43,444 bases of DNA from Chiloscyllium plagiosum (taxonomy: Eukaryota): the NCBI RefSeq assembly GCF_004010195.1, contig NC_057718.1, positions 525,568-569,011 of the forward strand, written 5' to 3'. The position numbers were made by a program, and so were the translations under genes. Below are positions 10,506 to 22,524 of this stretch, piece after piece (position 1 is the first letter of the stretch; every line of letters begins with the position of its first letter). Under the pieces are notes generated by a model that saw nothing but the letters and a program-made list of their open reading frames with translations, was not told the origin of the DNA and did no database searches.

Positions 10506-10867
10506 CTAGGAAGATGTTAGGCTGATCGGCTTATTGTGGTGCCCTTTTTCCTCCCTCCCTTTTTGGGTTCCCCCATCATTGAGGATGGGCATGTTTGCGG
10601 AACCTGCTGCTCCATTGAGTTCTTTAATTCCTGACACAATAGTTCAAATTTCTTGGCTTTCCTGTAACCAACATTCTTTGTGATATGTTGTTCTCTCTGA
10701 TTTTGCTATATTCATTGTTCTTCTCTCATGGATTTAGCAATGTTGATGTTAAATAAAATTTCAATAGTATTTTAGAAGATTTACGACCCAGAAGGTGACT
10801 GCTTCAGTACCCTGTTCCTGCTCGGTGTATTATTCCTGCAGCACCTCATACTGTTCTTGTTGTGTAC

Positions 10868-11090
10868 AAAGTTAAAAATCACACAACACCAGGTTATAGT
10901 CCAACAGGTTTAATTGGAAGCACACTAGCTTTCGGAGCGTTGCTCCTTCATCAGGTGGTAATGGAGGGCTCAATCCTAACACACAGAATTTATAGCAAAA
11001 ATTTACATTGTGATGTAACTGAAATTATACATTGAATAATTGATTGTCTGTTAAGTCTTTCATCTGTTTGAATACAGTGATAGATTCACT
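10868..11090 (-). mobile_element. Second hammerhead-bearing repeat family (probable Penelope-like terminus)
   Basis: Diverged copy at ~33990-34190; carries the family B hammerhead. Confidence 0.6.
10921..10958 (-). ncRNA. Minimal hammerhead ribozyme, family B, intact core
   Basis: Minus strand cCAC-CTGATGA-a-GGAGC-aac-GCTCC-GAAA-G-CTA-GTG: 5-bp stem II, palindromic AGCT, stem I CAC/GTG. Confidence 0.75.
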
Positions 11091-11194
11091 TGTTGTGTTC
11101 TTGCTGTATTCAGTTTGCTTCTTTTATCCAAAGTTGTTAAAATCACCCAATGTTGTAGAACAGCTTGTCAGATTGTGTAATGAGAGAAGTCTGT

Positions 11195-11330
11195 GTTTAC
11201 ACCACGTGGCATTGTGATAACACAATCCCCCTTGTCTCAGCAAACAGCCGAGGCTCTCGGAGTTGTCCGGCTGGCTCGGCCTCTCTGGGTGATCTGATTG
11301 GTTCTGGTCTGTGTGATTGGTAGGCCTGCC
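11195..11330 (+). promoter_or_regulatory. Candidate intronic promoter/enhancer
   Basis: E-box CACGTG near 11202 and two ATTGG boxes (~11297, ~11316), each preceded by a GTGAT SRE-like half-site. Confidence 0.35.
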
Positions 11331-11779
11331 TGTTCTGCTATTGATTCCAAGCTGTTTATGTGGTGGGAGTGTCTAACCTCTGACTGGCTCGTTCCACAGA
11401 AACTTTAAACAAACTTTACAAAGTGCCTGCTCCACAGGCTGGGAGCTGAACTCACAAGTAGGCCTGTCTGTTCAGCAAGGGCTGCTCCCCAGCATGTACT
11501 GTGCAGCAAGAAGTGCCTGGCCCCTGGCAGTGCGAGCTATGCAGTGTGATTCTCGCTGCAGTGCTCTTCCTCAACCTCGCATTCTCCTCTGCACGATCTG
11601 TCCGTGTCACCAAGGAACCCGCTCTCGGCAATACTGCTCACCATGCCTCTCCTGTTGTGCACAGCGAGCAGCAGCTACTGGACAGGCCCTGCTCGTGGCA
11701 CTTACAGATGTTGAAAAGATGGCAACTCAAAGAAAAATATTCTTTGCAACGGCCACCCTGGTATATGAAGTATGAGCAA

Positions 11780-12420
11780 GTGTGTGTGTGCCCCCTCGTT
11801 GGGGCCCAGTCTGTGCACCCTCTTGTTGTTGGGGTTCGGGGTGTGTGTCCCCTTGTTGGGGTTCGGGGTGTGTGTCCCCTTGTTGGGGTTCAGGGTGTGC
11901 TACCCCTTGTTGGGGCTCAGGGTGTGTGTGCCCACCTGTTGGGGTTCGGGGTGTGTGTGTCCCCTTGTTGGGGTTCAGGGTGTGCGCCCCCTTGTTGGGG
12001 CTCAGGGTGTGTGTGCCCACCTGTTGGGGTTCGGGGTGTGTGTGTCCCCTTGTTGGGGTTCAGGGTGTGCGCCCCCTTGTTGGGGCTCAGGGTGTGTGTG
12101 CCCACCTGTTGGGGTTCGGGGTGTGTGTGTCCCCTTGTTGGGGTTCAGGGTGTGCGCCCCCTTGTTGGGGCTCAGGGTGTGTGTGCCCACCTGTTGGGGT
12201 TCGGGGTGTGTGTGTCCCCTTGTTGGGGTTCAGGGTGTGCGCCCCCTTGTTGGGGCTCAGGGTGTGTGTGCCCACCTGTTGGGGTTCGGGGTGTGTGTGT
12301 CCCCTTGTTGGGGTTCAGGGTGTGCGCCCCCTTGTTGGGGCTCAGGGTGTGTGTGCCCACCTGTTGGGGTTCGGGGTGTGTGTGTCCCCTTGTTGGGGTT
12401 CAAGGTGTGTGTGCCCCCTC
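11780..12420 (+). repeat. Diverged 5' edge of satellite, including an 85-bp higher-order repeat of three variant monomers (~6 copies)
   Basis: Identical minus-strand ORFs start every 85 bp (12020, 12105, 12190, 12275, 12360). Confidence 0.9.
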
Positions 12421-15400
12421 ATTGGTGTTCGGGGTGTGTGCGCCCCCTTGTTGTTGGGGTTCGGGGTGTGTGCGCCCCCTTGTTGTTGGGGTTCGGGGTG
12501 TGTGCGCCCCCTTGTTGTTGGGGTTCGGGGTGTGTGCGCCCCCTTGTTGTTGGGGTTCGGGGTGTGTGCGCCCCCTTGTTGTTGGGGTTCGGGGTGTGTG
12601 CGCCCCCTTGTTGTTGGGGTTCGGGGTGTGTGCGCCCCCTTGTTGTTGGGGTTCGGGGTGTGTGCGCCCCCTTGTTGTTGGGGTTCGGGGTGTGTGCGCC
12701 CCCTTGTTGTTGGGGTTCGGGGTGTGTGCGCCCCCTTGTTGTTGGGGTTCGGGGTGTGTGCGCCCCCTTGTTGTTGGGGTTCGGGGTGTGTGCGCCCCCT
12801 TGTTGTTGGGGTTCGGGGTGTGTGCGCCCCCTTGTTGTTGGGGTTCGGGGTGTGTGCGCCCCCTTGTTGTTGGGGTTCGGGGTGTGTGCGCCCCCTTGTT
12901 GTTGGGGTTCGGGGTGTGTGCGCCCCCTTGTTGTTGGGGTTCGGGGTGTGTGCGCCCCCTTGTTGTTGGGGTTCGGGGTGTGTGCGCCCCCTTGTTGTTG
13001 GGGTTCGGGGTGTGTGCGCCCCCTTGTTGTTGGGGTTCGGGGTGTGTGCGCCCCCTTGTTGTTGGGGTTCGGGGTGTGTGCGCCCCCTTGTTGTTGGGGT
13101 TCGGGGTGTGTGCGCCCCCTTGTTGTTGGGGTTCGGGGTGTGTGCGCCCCCTTGTTGTTGGGGTTCGGGGTGTGTGCGCCCCCTTGTTGTTGGGGTTCGG
13201 GGTGTGTGCGCCCCCTTGTTGTTGGGGTTCGGGGTGTGTGCGCCCCCTTGTTGTTGGGGTTCGGGGTGTGTGCGCCCCCTTGTTGTTGGGGTTCGGGGTG
13301 TGTGCGCCCCCTTGTTGTTGGGGTTCGGGGTGTGTGCGCCCCCTTGTTGTTGGGGTTCGGGGTGTGTGCGCCCCCTTGTTGTTGGGGTTCGGGGTGTGTG
13401 CGCCCCCTTGTTGTTGGGGTTCGGGGTGTGTGCGCCCCCTTGTTGTTGGGGTTCGGGGTGTGTGCGCCCCCTTGTTGTTGGGGTTCGGGGTGTGTGCGCC
13501 CCCTTGTTGTTGGGGTTCGGGGTGTGTGCGCCCCCTTGTTGTTGGGGTTCGGGGTGTGTGCGCCCCCTTGTTGTTGGGGTTCGGGGTGTGTGCGCCCCCT
13601 TGTTGTTGGGGTTCGGGGTGTGTGCGCCCCCTTGTTGTTGGGGTTCGGGGTGTGTGCGCCCCCTTGTTGTTGGGGTTCGGGGTGTGTGCGCCCCCTTGTT
13701 GTTGGGGTTCGGGGTGTGTGCGCCCCCTTGTTGTTGGGGTTCGGGGTGTGTGCGCCCCCTTGTTGTTGGGGTTCGGGGTGTGTGCGCCCCCTTGTTGTTG
13801 GGGTTCGGGGTGTGTGCGCCCCCTTGTTGTTGGGGTTCGGGGTGTGTGCGCCCCCTTGTTGTTGGGGTTCGGGGTGTGTGCGCCCCCTTGTTGTTGGGGT
13901 TCGGGGTGTGTGCGCCCCCTTGTTGTTGGGGTTCGGGGTGTGTGCGCCCCCTTGTTGTTGGGGTTCGGGGTGTGTGCGCCCCCTTGTTGTTGGGGTTCGG
14001 GGTGTGTGCGCCCCCTTGTTGTTGGGGTTCGGGGTGTGTGCGCCCCCTTGTTGTTGGGGTTCGGGGTGTGTGCGCCCCCTTGTTGTTGGGGTTCGGGGTG
14101 TGTGCGCCCCCTTGTTGTTGGGGTTCGGGGTGTGTGCGCCCCCTTGTTGTTGGGGTTCGGGGTGTGTGCGCCCCCTTGTTGTTGGGGTTCGGGGTGTGTG
14201 CGCCCCCTTGTTGTTGGGGTTCGGGGTGTGTGCGCCCCCTTGTTGTTGGGGTTCGGGGTGTGTGCGCCCCCTTGTTGTTGGGGTTCGGGGTGTGTGCGCC
14301 CCCTTGTTGTTGGGGTTCGGGGTGTGTGCGCCCCCTTGTTGTTGGGGTTCGGGGTGTGTGCGCCCCCTTGTTGTTGGGGTTCGGGGTGTGTGCGCCCCCT
14401 TGTTGTTGGGGTTCGGGGTGTGTGCGCCCCCTTGTTGTTGGGGTTCGGGGTGTGTGCGCCCCCTTGTTGTTGGGGTTCGGGGTGTGTGCGCCCCCTTGTT
14501 GTTGGGGTTCGGGGTGTGTGCGCCCCCTTGTTGTTGGGGTTCGGGGTGTGTGCGCCCCCTTGTTGTTGGGGTTCGGGGTGTGTGCGCCCCCTTGTTGTTG
14601 GGGTTCGGGGTGTGTGCGCCCCCTTGTTGTTGGGGTTCGGGGTGTGTGCGCCCCCTTGTTGTTGGGGTTCGGGGTGTGTGCGCCCCCTTGTTGTTGGGGT
14701 TCGGGGTGTGTGCGCCCCCTTGTTGTTGGGGTTCGGGGTGTGTGCGCCCCCTTGTTGTTGGGGTTCGGGGTGTGTGCGCCCCCTTGTTGTTGGGGTTCGG
14801 GGTGTGTGCGCCCCCTTGTTGTTGGGGTTCGGGGTGTGTGCGCCCCCTTGTTGTTGGGGTTCGGGGTGTGTGCGCCCCCTTGTTGTTGGGGTTCGGGGTG
14901 TGTGCGCCCCCTTGTTGTTGGGGTTCGGGGTGTGTGCGCCCCCTTGTTGTTGGGGTTCGGGGTGTGTGCGCCCCCTTGTTGTTGGGGTTCGGGGTGTGTG
15001 CGCCCCCTTGTTGTTGGGGTTCGGGGTGTGTGCGCCCCCTTGTTGTTGGGGTTCGGGGTGTGTGCGCCCCCTTGTTGTTGGGGTTCGGGGTGTGTGCGCC
15101 CCCTTGTTGTTGGGGTTCGGGGTGTGTGCGCCCCCTTGTTGTTGGGGTTCGGGGTGTGTGCGCCCCCTTGTTGTTGGGGTTCGGGGTGTGTGCGCCCCCT
15201 TGTTGTTGGGGTTCGGGGTGTGTGCGCCCCCTTGTTGTTGGGGTTCGGGGTGTGTGCGCCCCCTTGTTGTTGGGGTTCGGGGTGTGTGCGCCCCCTTGTT
15301 GTTGGGGTTCGGGGTGTGTGCGCCCCCTTGTTGTTGGGGTTCGGGGTGTGTGCGCCCCCTTGTTGTTGGGGTTCGGGGTGTGTGCGCCCCCTTGTTGTTG

Positions 15401-18400
15401 GGGTTCGGGGTGTGTGCGCCCCCTTGTTGTTGGGGTTCGGGGTGTGTGCGCCCCCTTGTTGTTGGGGTTCGGGGTGTGTGCGCCCCCTTGTTGTTGGGGT
15501 TCGGGGTGTGTGCGCCCCCTTGTTGTTGGGGTTCGGGGTGTGTGCGCCCCCTTGTTGTTGGGGTTCGGGGTGTGTGCGCCCCCTTGTTGTTGGGGTTCGG
15601 GGTGTGTGCGCCCCCTTGTTGTTGGGGTTCGGGGTGTGTGCGCCCCCTTGTTGTTGGGGTTCGGGGTGTGTGCGCCCCCTTGTTGTTGGGGTTCGGGGTG
15701 TGTGCGCCCCCTTGTTGTTGGGGTTCGGGGTGTGTGCGCCCCCTTGTTGTTGGGGTTCGGGGTGTGTGCGCCCCCTTGTTGTTGGGGTTCGGGGTGTGTG
15801 CGCCCCCTTGTTGTTGGGGTTCGGGGTGTGTGCGCCCCCTTGTTGTTGGGGTTCGGGGTGTGTGCGCCCCCTTGTTGTTGGGGTTCGGGGTGTGTGCGCC
15901 CCCTTGTTGTTGGGGTTCGGGGTGTGTGCGCCCCCTTGTTGTTGGGGTTCGGGGTGTGTGCGCCCCCTTGTTGTTGGGGTTCGGGGTGTGTGCGCCCCCT
16001 TGTTGTTGGGGTTCGGGGTGTGTGCGCCCCCTTGTTGTTGGGGTTCGGGGTGTGTGCGCCCCCTTGTTGTTGGGGTTCGGGGTGTGTGCGCCCCCTTGTT
16101 GTTGGGGTTCGGGGTGTGTGCGCCCCCTTGTTGTTGGGGTTCGGGGTGTGTGCGCCCCCTTGTTGTTGGGGTTCGGGGTGTGTGCGCCCCCTTGTTGTTG
16201 GGGTTCGGGGTGTGTGCGCCCCCTTGTTGTTGGGGTTCGGGGTGTGTGCGCCCCCTTGTTGTTGGGGTTCGGGGTGTGTGCGCCCCCTTGTTGTTGGGGT
16301 TCGGGGTGTGTGCGCCCCCTTGTTGTTGGGGTTCGGGGTGTGTGCGCCCCCTTGTTGTTGGGGTTCGGGGTGTGTGCGCCCCCTTGTTGTTGGGGTTCGG
16401 GGTGTGTGCGCCCCCTTGTTGTTGGGGTTCGGGGTGTGTGCGCCCCCTTGTTGTTGGGGTTCGGGGTGTGTGCGCCCCCTTGTTGTTGGGGTTCGGGGTG
16501 TGTGCGCCCCCTTGTTGTTGGGGTTCGGGGTGTGTGCGCCCCCTTGTTGTTGGGGTTCGGGGTGTGTGCGCCCCCTTGTTGTTGGGGTTCGGGGTGTGTG
16601 CGCCCCCTTGTTGTTGGGGTTCGGGGTGTGTGCGCCCCCTTGTTGTTGGGGTTCGGGGTGTGTGCGCCCCCTTGTTGTTGGGGTTCGGGGTGTGTGCGCC
16701 CCCTTGTTGTTGGGGTTCGGGGTGTGTGCGCCCCCTTGTTGTTGGGGTTCGGGGTGTGTGCGCCCCCTTGTTGTTGGGGTTCGGGGTGTGTGCGCCCCCT
16801 TGTTGTTGGGGTTCGGGGTGTGTGCGCCCCCTTGTTGTTGGGGTTCGGGGTGTGTGCGCCCCCTTGTTGTTGGGGTTCGGGGTGTGTGCGCCCCCTTGTT
16901 GTTGGGGTTCGGGGTGTGTGCGCCCCCTTGTTGTTGGGGTTCGGGGTGTGTGCGCCCCCTTGTTGTTGGGGTTCGGGGTGTGTGCGCCCCCTTGTTGTTG
17001 GGGTTCGGGGTGTGTGCGCCCCCTTGTTGTTGGGGTTCGGGGTGTGTGCGCCCCCTTGTTGTTGGGGTTCGGGGTGTGTGCGCCCCCTTGTTGTTGGGGT
17101 TCGGGGTGTGTGCGCCCCCTTGTTGTTGGGGTTCGGGGTGTGTGCGCCCCCTTGTTGTTGGGGTTCGGGGTGTGTGCGCCCCCTTGTTGTTGGGGTTCGG
17201 GGTGTGTGCGCCCCCTTGTTGTTGGGGTTCGGGGTGTGTGCGCCCCCTTGTTGTTGGGGTTCGGGGTGTGTGCGCCCCCTTGTTGTTGGGGTTCGGGGTG
17301 TGTGCGCCCCCTTGTTGTTGGGGTTCGGGGTGTGTGCGCCCCCTTGTTGTTGGGGTTCGGGGTGTGTGCGCCCCCTTGTTGTTGGGGTTCGGGGTGTGTG
17401 CGCCCCCTTGTTGTTGGGGTTCGGGGTGTGTGCGCCCCCTTGTTGTTGGGGTTCGGGGTGTGTGCGCCCCCTTGTTGTTGGGGTTCGGGGTGTGTGCGCC
17501 CCCTTGTTGTTGGGGTTCGGGGTGTGTGCGCCCCCTTGTTGTTGGGGTTCGGGGTGTGTGCGCCCCCTTGTTGTTGGGGTTCGGGGTGTGTGCGCCCCCT
17601 TGTTGTTGGGGTTCGGGGTGTGTGCGCCCCCTTGTTGTTGGGGTTCGGGGTGTGTGCGCCCCCTTGTTGTTGGGGTTCGGGGTGTGTGCGCCCCCTTGTT
17701 GTTGGGGTTCGGGGTGTGTGCGCCCCCTTGTTGTTGGGGTTCGGGGTGTGTGCGCCCCCTTGTTGTTGGGGTTCGGGGTGTGTGCGCCCCCTTGTTGTTG
17801 GGGTTCGGGGTGTGTGCGCCCCCTTGTTGTTGGGGTTCGGGGTGTGTGCGCCCCCTTGTTGTTGGGGTTCGGGGTGTGTGCGCCCCCTTGTTGTTGGGGT
17901 TCGGGGTGTGTGCGCCCCCTTGTTGTTGGGGTTCGGGGTGTGTGCGCCCCCTTGTTGTTGGGGTTCGGGGTGTGTGCGCCCCCTTGTTGTTGGGGTTCGG
18001 GGTGTGTGCGCCCCCTTGTTGTTGGGGTTCGGGGTGTGTGCGCCCCCTTGTTGTTGGGGTTCGGGGTGTGTGCGCCCCCTTGTTGTTGGGGTTCGGGGTG
18101 TGTGCGCCCCCTTGTTGTTGGGGTTCGGGGTGTGTGCGCCCCCTTGTTGTTGGGGTTCGGGGTGTGTGCGCCCCCTTGTTGTTGGGGTTCGGGGTGTGTG
18201 CGCCCCCTTGTTGTTGGGGTTCGGGGTGTGTGCGCCCCCTTGTTGTTGGGGTTCGGGGTGTGTGCGCCCCCTTGTTGTTGGGGTTCGGGGTGTGTGCGCC
18301 CCCTTGTTGTTGGGGTTCGGGGTGTGTGCGCCCCCTTGTTGTTGGGGTTCGGGGTGTGTGCGCCCCCTTGTTGTTGGGGTTCGGGGTGTGTGCGCCCCCT

Positions 18401-20777
18401 TGTTGTTGGGGTTCGGGGTGTGTGCGCCCCCTTGTTGTTGGGGTTCGGGGTGTGTGCGCCCCCTTGTTGTTGGGGTTCGGGGTGTGTGCGCCCCCTTGTT
18501 GTTGGGGTTCGGGGTGTGTGCGCCCCCTTGTTGTTGGGGTTCGGGGTGTGTGCGCCCCCTTGTTGTTGGGGTTCGGGGTGTGTGCGCCCCCTTGTTGTTG
18601 GGGTTCGGGGTGTGTGCGCCCCCTTGTTGTTGGGGTTCGGGGTGTGTGCGCCCCCTTGTTGTTGGGGTTCGGGGTGTGTGCGCCCCCTTGTTGTTGGGGT
18701 TCGGGGTGTGTGCGCCCCCTTGTTGTTGGGGTTCGGGGTGTGTGCGCCCCCTTGTTGTTGGGGTTCGGGGTGTGTGCGCCCCCTTGTTGTTGGGGTTCGG
18801 GGTGTGTGCGCCCCCTTGTTGTTGGGGTTCGGGGTGTGTGCGCCCCCTTGTTGTTGGGGTTCGGGGTGTGTGCGCCCCCTTGTTGTTGGGGTTCGGGGTG
18901 TGTGCGCCCCCTTGTTGTTGGGGTTCGGGGTGTGTGCGCCCCCTTGTTGTTGGGGTTCGGGGTGTGTGCGCCCCCTTGTTGTTGGGGTTCGGGGTGTGTG
19001 CGCCCCCTTGTTGTTGGGGTTCGGGGTGTGTGCGCCCCCTTGTTGTTGGGGTTCGGGGTGTGTGCGCCCCCTTGTTGTTGGGGTTCGGGGTGTGTGCGCC
19101 CCCTTGTTGTTGGGGTTCGGGGTGTGTGCGCCCCCTTGTTGTTGGGGTTCGGGGTGTGTGCGCCCCCTTGTTGTTGGGGTTCGGGGTGTGTGCGCCCCCT
19201 TGTTGTTGGGGTTCGGGGTGTGTGCGCCCCCTTGTTGTTGGGGTTCGGGGTGTGTGCGCCCCCTTGTTGTTGGGGTTCGGGGTGTGTGCGCCCCCTTGTT
19301 GTTGGGGTTCGGGGTGTGTGCGCCCCCTTGTTGTTGGGGTTCGGGGTGTGTGCGCCCCCTTGTTGTTGGGGTTCGGGGTGTGTGCGCCCCCTTGTTGTTG
19401 GGGTTCGGGGTGTGTGCGCCCCCTTGTTGTTGGGGTTCGGGGTGTGTGCGCCCCCTTGTTGTTGGGGTTCGGGGTGTGTGCGCCCCCTTGTTGTTGGGGT
19501 TCGGGGTGTGTGCGCCCCCTTGTTGTTGGGGTTCGGGGTGTGTGCGCCCCCTTGTTGTTGGGGTTCGGGGTGTGTGCGCCCCCTTGTTGTTGGGGTTCGG
19601 GGTGTGTGCGCCCCCTTGTTGTTGGGGTTCGGGGTGTGTGCGCCCCCTTGTTGTTGGGGTTCGGGGTGTGTGCGCCCCCTTGTTGTTGGGGTTCGGGGTG
19701 TGTGCGCCCCCTTGTTGTTGGGGTTCGGGGTGTGTGCGCCCCCTTGTTGTTGGGGTTCGGGGTGTGTGCGCCCCCTTGTTGTTGGGGTTCGGGGTGTGTG
19801 CGCCCCCTTGTTGTTGGGGTTCGGGGTGTGTGCGCCCCCTTGTTGTTGGGGTTCGGGGTGTGTGCGCCCCCTTGTTGTTGGGGTTCGGGGTGTGTGCGCC
19901 CCCTTGTTGTTGGGGTTCGGGGTGTGTGCGCCCCCTTGTTGTTGGGGTTCGGGGTGTGTGCGCCCCCTTGTTGTTGGGGTTCGGGGTGTGTGCGCCCCCT
20001 TGTTGTTGGGGTTCGGGGTGTGTGCGCCCCCTTGTTGTTGGGGTTCGGGGTGTGTGCGCCCCCTTGTTGTTGGGGTTCGGGGTGTGTGCGCCCCCTTGTT
20101 GTTGGGGTTCGGGGTGTGTGCGCCCCCTTGTTGTTGGGGTTCGGGGTGTGTGCGCCCCCTTGTTGTTGGGGTTCGGGGTGTGTGCGCCCCCTTGTTGTTG
20201 GGGTTCGGGGTGTGTGCGCCCCCTTGTTGTTGGGGTTCGGGGTGTGTGCGCCCCCTTGTTGTTGGGGTTCGGGGTGTGTGCGCCCCCTTGTTGTTGGGGT
20301 TCGGGGTGTGTGCGCCCCCTTGTTGTTGGGGTTCGGGGTGTGTGCGCCCCCTTGTTGTTGGGGTTCGGGGTGTGTGCGCCCCCTTGTTGTTGGGGTTCGG
20401 GGTGTGTGCGCCCCCTTGTTGTTGGGGTTCGGGGTGTGTGCGCCCCCTTGTTGTTGGGGTTCGGGGTGTGTGCGCCCCCTTGTTGTTGGGGTTCGGGGTG
20501 TGTGCGCCCCCCCCTTGTTGGGGTTCGGGGTGTGTGCGCCCCCTTGTTGGGGTTCGTGGTGTGTGCGCCCCCTTGTTGGGGTTCGGGGTGTGTGCGCCCC
20601 GTTGTTGGGGTTCGTGGTGTGTGCGCCCCGTTGTTGGGGTTCGGGGTGTGTGCGCCCCCTTGTTGTTGGGGTTCGGGGTGTGTGCGCCCCGTTGTTGGGG
20701 TTCGGGGTGTGTGCGCCCCCTTGTTGGGGTTCGGGGTGTGTGCGCCCCCTTGTTGTTGGGGTTCGGGGTGTGTGTCT
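12421..20777 (+). repeat. 32-bp satellite GGGGTTCGGGGTGTGTGCGCCCCCTTGTTGTT, ~250 apparently perfect copies plus diverged 3' edge
   Basis: Exact 32-bp periodicity from ~12430 to ~20505; variants only after 20505. Confidence 0.97.
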
Positions 20778-21489
20778 CTTGGTCACTGCTTCCTGCTCAA
20801 TGAGATGATGACTGCGTTGGTTTTGTATTTGAGCTCCTGTCTGTGCCACCCTGAACATTGGTCTGTTTCCCCTGGTTTGGCAGTCCCTGGCTCTACCTCT
20901 ACCTCAGCTGTCTTCCTTTTGAAACCATTCACGCTTTTTGGTTATTTTTTTGTGGGATGTGAGTGTTGCTCACTCAATCAATATTTATTGACCATCCCTG
21001 ACTGTCCGTGTGATGGTGGTGGGGGAGTTGTGTTCTTGAGCCAGTGCTGTCCATGTTATGGTGATATACTGACACTGGTGTTGGTGAAGAGAATTCCAGA
21101 ATTTTCACCCAGCAACAACAAAAGGACAGTGATATACTTCTAAGACAAGATGATGTGTGGCTTGTAGGGGAACTTGGTGGTGATGTTCCCACGTACCTGC
21201 TGCTGTCATCTTTCTAGATGGTAGGTAGAGTATATTTGGATGGTCATGCCTTCAGCTTAAAGTAGCTAAGCAATTCAGCTTCTCCTGTAAGCCACCTCTC
21301 CATCTCTGCTTTAAGATGCTGTTTCAAGCCTATACCTTTCACCATACATATGGTCACCTGACATAATGTAGCCATCAGTAAAGAGAATGCTGGGCAAACT
21401 CAGATCTGGCAGCATCTGTGGAGAGAGAAAAACAGAGTTAACAATTTTTAAGTTCAGTGTGACTCTTCTTCAGAATAGTTTTCGATATA

Positions 21490-21815
21490 CAAAGTCTTTT
21501 CCCTGGGGTCAGGGAGTCCAGAATAGAGGGCATAGGTTTAGGGTGAGAGGGGAAAGATATAAAAGAGACCTACGGGGCAACCTTTTCATGCAGAGGATGA
21601 CACGTGTATGGAATGAGCTGCCAGAGGAAGTGGTGGAGGCTGGTACAATTACAACATTTAAGAGGCATTTGGATGGGTATATGAATAGGAAGGGTTTGGA
21701 GGGATATGGGCCGGGTGCTGGCAGGTGGGACTAGATTGGGTTGGGATATCTGGTCGGCATGGACAGGTTGGACCGAAGGGTCTGTTTCCGTGCTATACAT
21801 CTCTATGACTCTATA
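21490..21815 (+). mobile_element. CR1-like LINE 3' fragment
   Basis: RVWNELPEEVVEAGTITTFKRHLDGYM; ctctatgactcta tail. Confidence 0.85.
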
Positions 21816-21948
21816 TATAAGTTGTTTCTGGGTTTGTTGCGTGAGTATCTGTGATCTTTGATGGTAGAATTTGTGGAGTGAATCTGTGAGCTCAGTGTAC
21901 AGAGCGATGGAGTAAAGTCAGTGATCTGATGTGCTGCCTGTTTTCCAG

Positions 21949-22046
21949 GATTCGATGAGTGAGACCCTGAGAAAGTGCTACATTTATCTGAACCAGACGA
22001 GCCGCAGCTTTGCTGCTGTCATTCAAGCCCTGGATGGAGATCTCCG
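21949..22046 (+). CDS. FDFT1: Squalene synthase coding exon 2
   Basis: ttttccag|DSMSETLRKCYIYLNQTSRSFAAVIQALDGDL(R)|gtaagg, 98 nt. Confidence 0.97.
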
Positions 22047-22340
22047 GTAAGGCTGCTGCTAGCCCCTGTGCGAGGGAGGGAGTGAACCCCTGCTTGCTAG
22101 TGAGCAGCTGGGCTTTGGAGGGAAGGGGTGGGGAAATCTGTGAGGGGGCTGGGGTAGTAGATTGGGTGGGTATTGAGGAATGGCTGATGGAGATTATGGG
22201 GTGAAGTGGTTTCTCTCAGTGAGAGAGGATTGGTTAGATCATGGACAACGGGACAGGGGTAGAATTGTTGGATTTTGGGGAGCAGAAGCCAAAATGGCTC
22301 CCTAGTTGCAACTTGTGCTCATGTTGGGCTTTCACTTTAG

Positions 22341-22524
22341 TCAAGCAGTGTGCATCTTTTACCTGGTGTTGCGGGCTCTGGACACGGTGGAAGATGACAT
22401 GTCCATCCCACTGGAGGTGAAGATCCCGATGTTACAGAACTTCCACACGTATTTGTACCAGCCTGAGTGGAGGTACAGCCAGAGTCAGGAGAAGGACCGT
22501 CAGGTGCTGGAGGATTTCCCAACG
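22341..22524 (+). CDS. FDFT1: Squalene synthase coding exon 3
   Basis: QAVCIFYLVLRALDTVEDD...QVLEDFPT with first Asp-rich motif; AG/GT ends, 184 nt. Confidence 0.97.

Noticed and set aside
11501..11600. Signal-peptide-like stretch VILAAVLFLNLAFSSARS ahead of the repeat ORF
   Set aside because: No upstream ATG in that frame (GTG start only, stop at 11459); likely chance.
12421..20777. CRISPR-like or telomeric array
   Set aside because: No unique spacers, not TTAGGG, and eukaryotic intron context.
11501..21143. Giant 2838-3123 aa ORFs resembling Cys/Gly-rich keratin-associated or mucin-like proteins
   Set aside because: They follow mechanically from a satellite lacking A on + and T on -; all frames are equally open, no synonymous variation is visible, and they lie inside an FDFT1 intron.
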